A DNA stretch of 28,611 nt from the NCBI GenBank assembly GCA_946535695.1, contig CAMNDS010000001.1:1-28611 (forward strand). The letters run 5' to 3'. Of this stretch, positions 28,311-28,611 are shown piece by piece; the stretch's first letter is position 1; each line of letters opens with the position of its first letter. The position numbers were made by a program, and so were the translations under genes. The notes under the pieces are model-generated. The model saw only the letters and a program-made list of their open reading frames with translations. It searched no databases and was not told where the DNA came from. Source of the stretch: an uncultured Clostridia bacterium (lineage in GTDB: Bacteria; Bacillota; Clostridia; Oscillospirales; Acutalibacteraceae).

Positions 28311-28353
28311 GTATTGCTAAAAAAGGTAGGCATTTTCCTCCGGCTACGCCGGA
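28311..28353 (-). repeat. Dispersed hairpin repeat, copy B
   Basis: Minus strand TCCGGC-GTA-GCCGGA ... TTTTTTAGCAATAC; 32/43 identity to copy A. Confidence 0.65.
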
Positions 28354-28473
28354 TAGAATATCTGTTACCGGTTTCGAAATAAGCCTATTATCTATCCATT
28401 TTTAGTAATGTCTGGCATAAAAAGTCATTTTTGAAAATAGTAATTTCGTACAAGCTTAATTGAGAGGGCGATA

Positions 28474-28611
28474 ATGATTTGTACAAAATCACAATTTTTA
28501 AAAATTTTAATTTCAATATTTTATTTAATTATATTATTATTTTCAATTCTTATTGTAACATTTAAATTGTATAGATTAAATTGGACTAAATTATTAAATA
28601 AATTTTGTTAT
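28474..28611 (+). CDS. Partial ORF running off the window; N-terminal transmembrane helix
   Basis: GAGAGGG 5 nt before ATG 28474; 46 stop-free codons in very AT-rich DNA: MICTKSQFLKILISIFYLIILLFSILIVTFKLYRLNWTKLLNKFCY. Confidence 0.6.
   Translation, partial: MICTKSQFLKILISIFYLIILLFSILIVTFKLYRLNWTKLLNKFCY

Noticed and set aside
28415-28450. Sporulation sigma (sigF/sigE)-like promoter words upstream of the terminal partial ORF
   Set aside because: Spacer lengths do not fit the consensus.
1-28611. CRISPR array, tRNA or rRNA genes, prophage
   Set aside because: No regularly spaced direct repeats, no cloverleaf or rRNA signatures in the few intergenic gaps, and no integrase or structural phage genes.

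Overview
Low-GC bacterial chromosome segment, most likely from the Clostridia: rpsD sits inside the rpsM-rpsK-rpsD-rpoA-rplQ cluster and a sporulation sigma factor sigE is present. Plus strand: the 3' end of sigE, a decayed IS5-family relic, a fused polar amino-acid ABC binding protein/permease plus ATPase, lepA, and an orphan protein with a signal peptide and a transmembrane segment. Minus strand, read from the right end: the S10-spc-alpha ribosomal cluster (rpsJ to rplQ, complete except rpmD/L30), then membrane pyrophosphatase hppA, rpsO and pnp after very short spacers, then a second IS5 relic, then a promoter-driven three-gene cassette of a glutaredoxin-like protein, an ATP-cone-less class III RNR (NrdD) and an atypical activase (NrdG). 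The most interesting signals are: (1) this redoxin-NrdD-NrdG cassette, which resembles phage-type class III RNR loci and has a double-CxxC redoxin and a non-canonical radical-SAM motif; (2) three copies of a ~43-bp intergenic hairpin repeat with a compensatory stem change, two forming an inverted doublet upstream of rpsJ; (3) an IS5 relic whose derived mutations perfect a terminator-like hairpin just after pnp; (4) hppA embedded in the ribosomal gene run; (5) loss of rpmD from the spc operon. No tRNA, rRNA or CRISPR array was seen. All alignments and counts were done by eye and no database searches were run.
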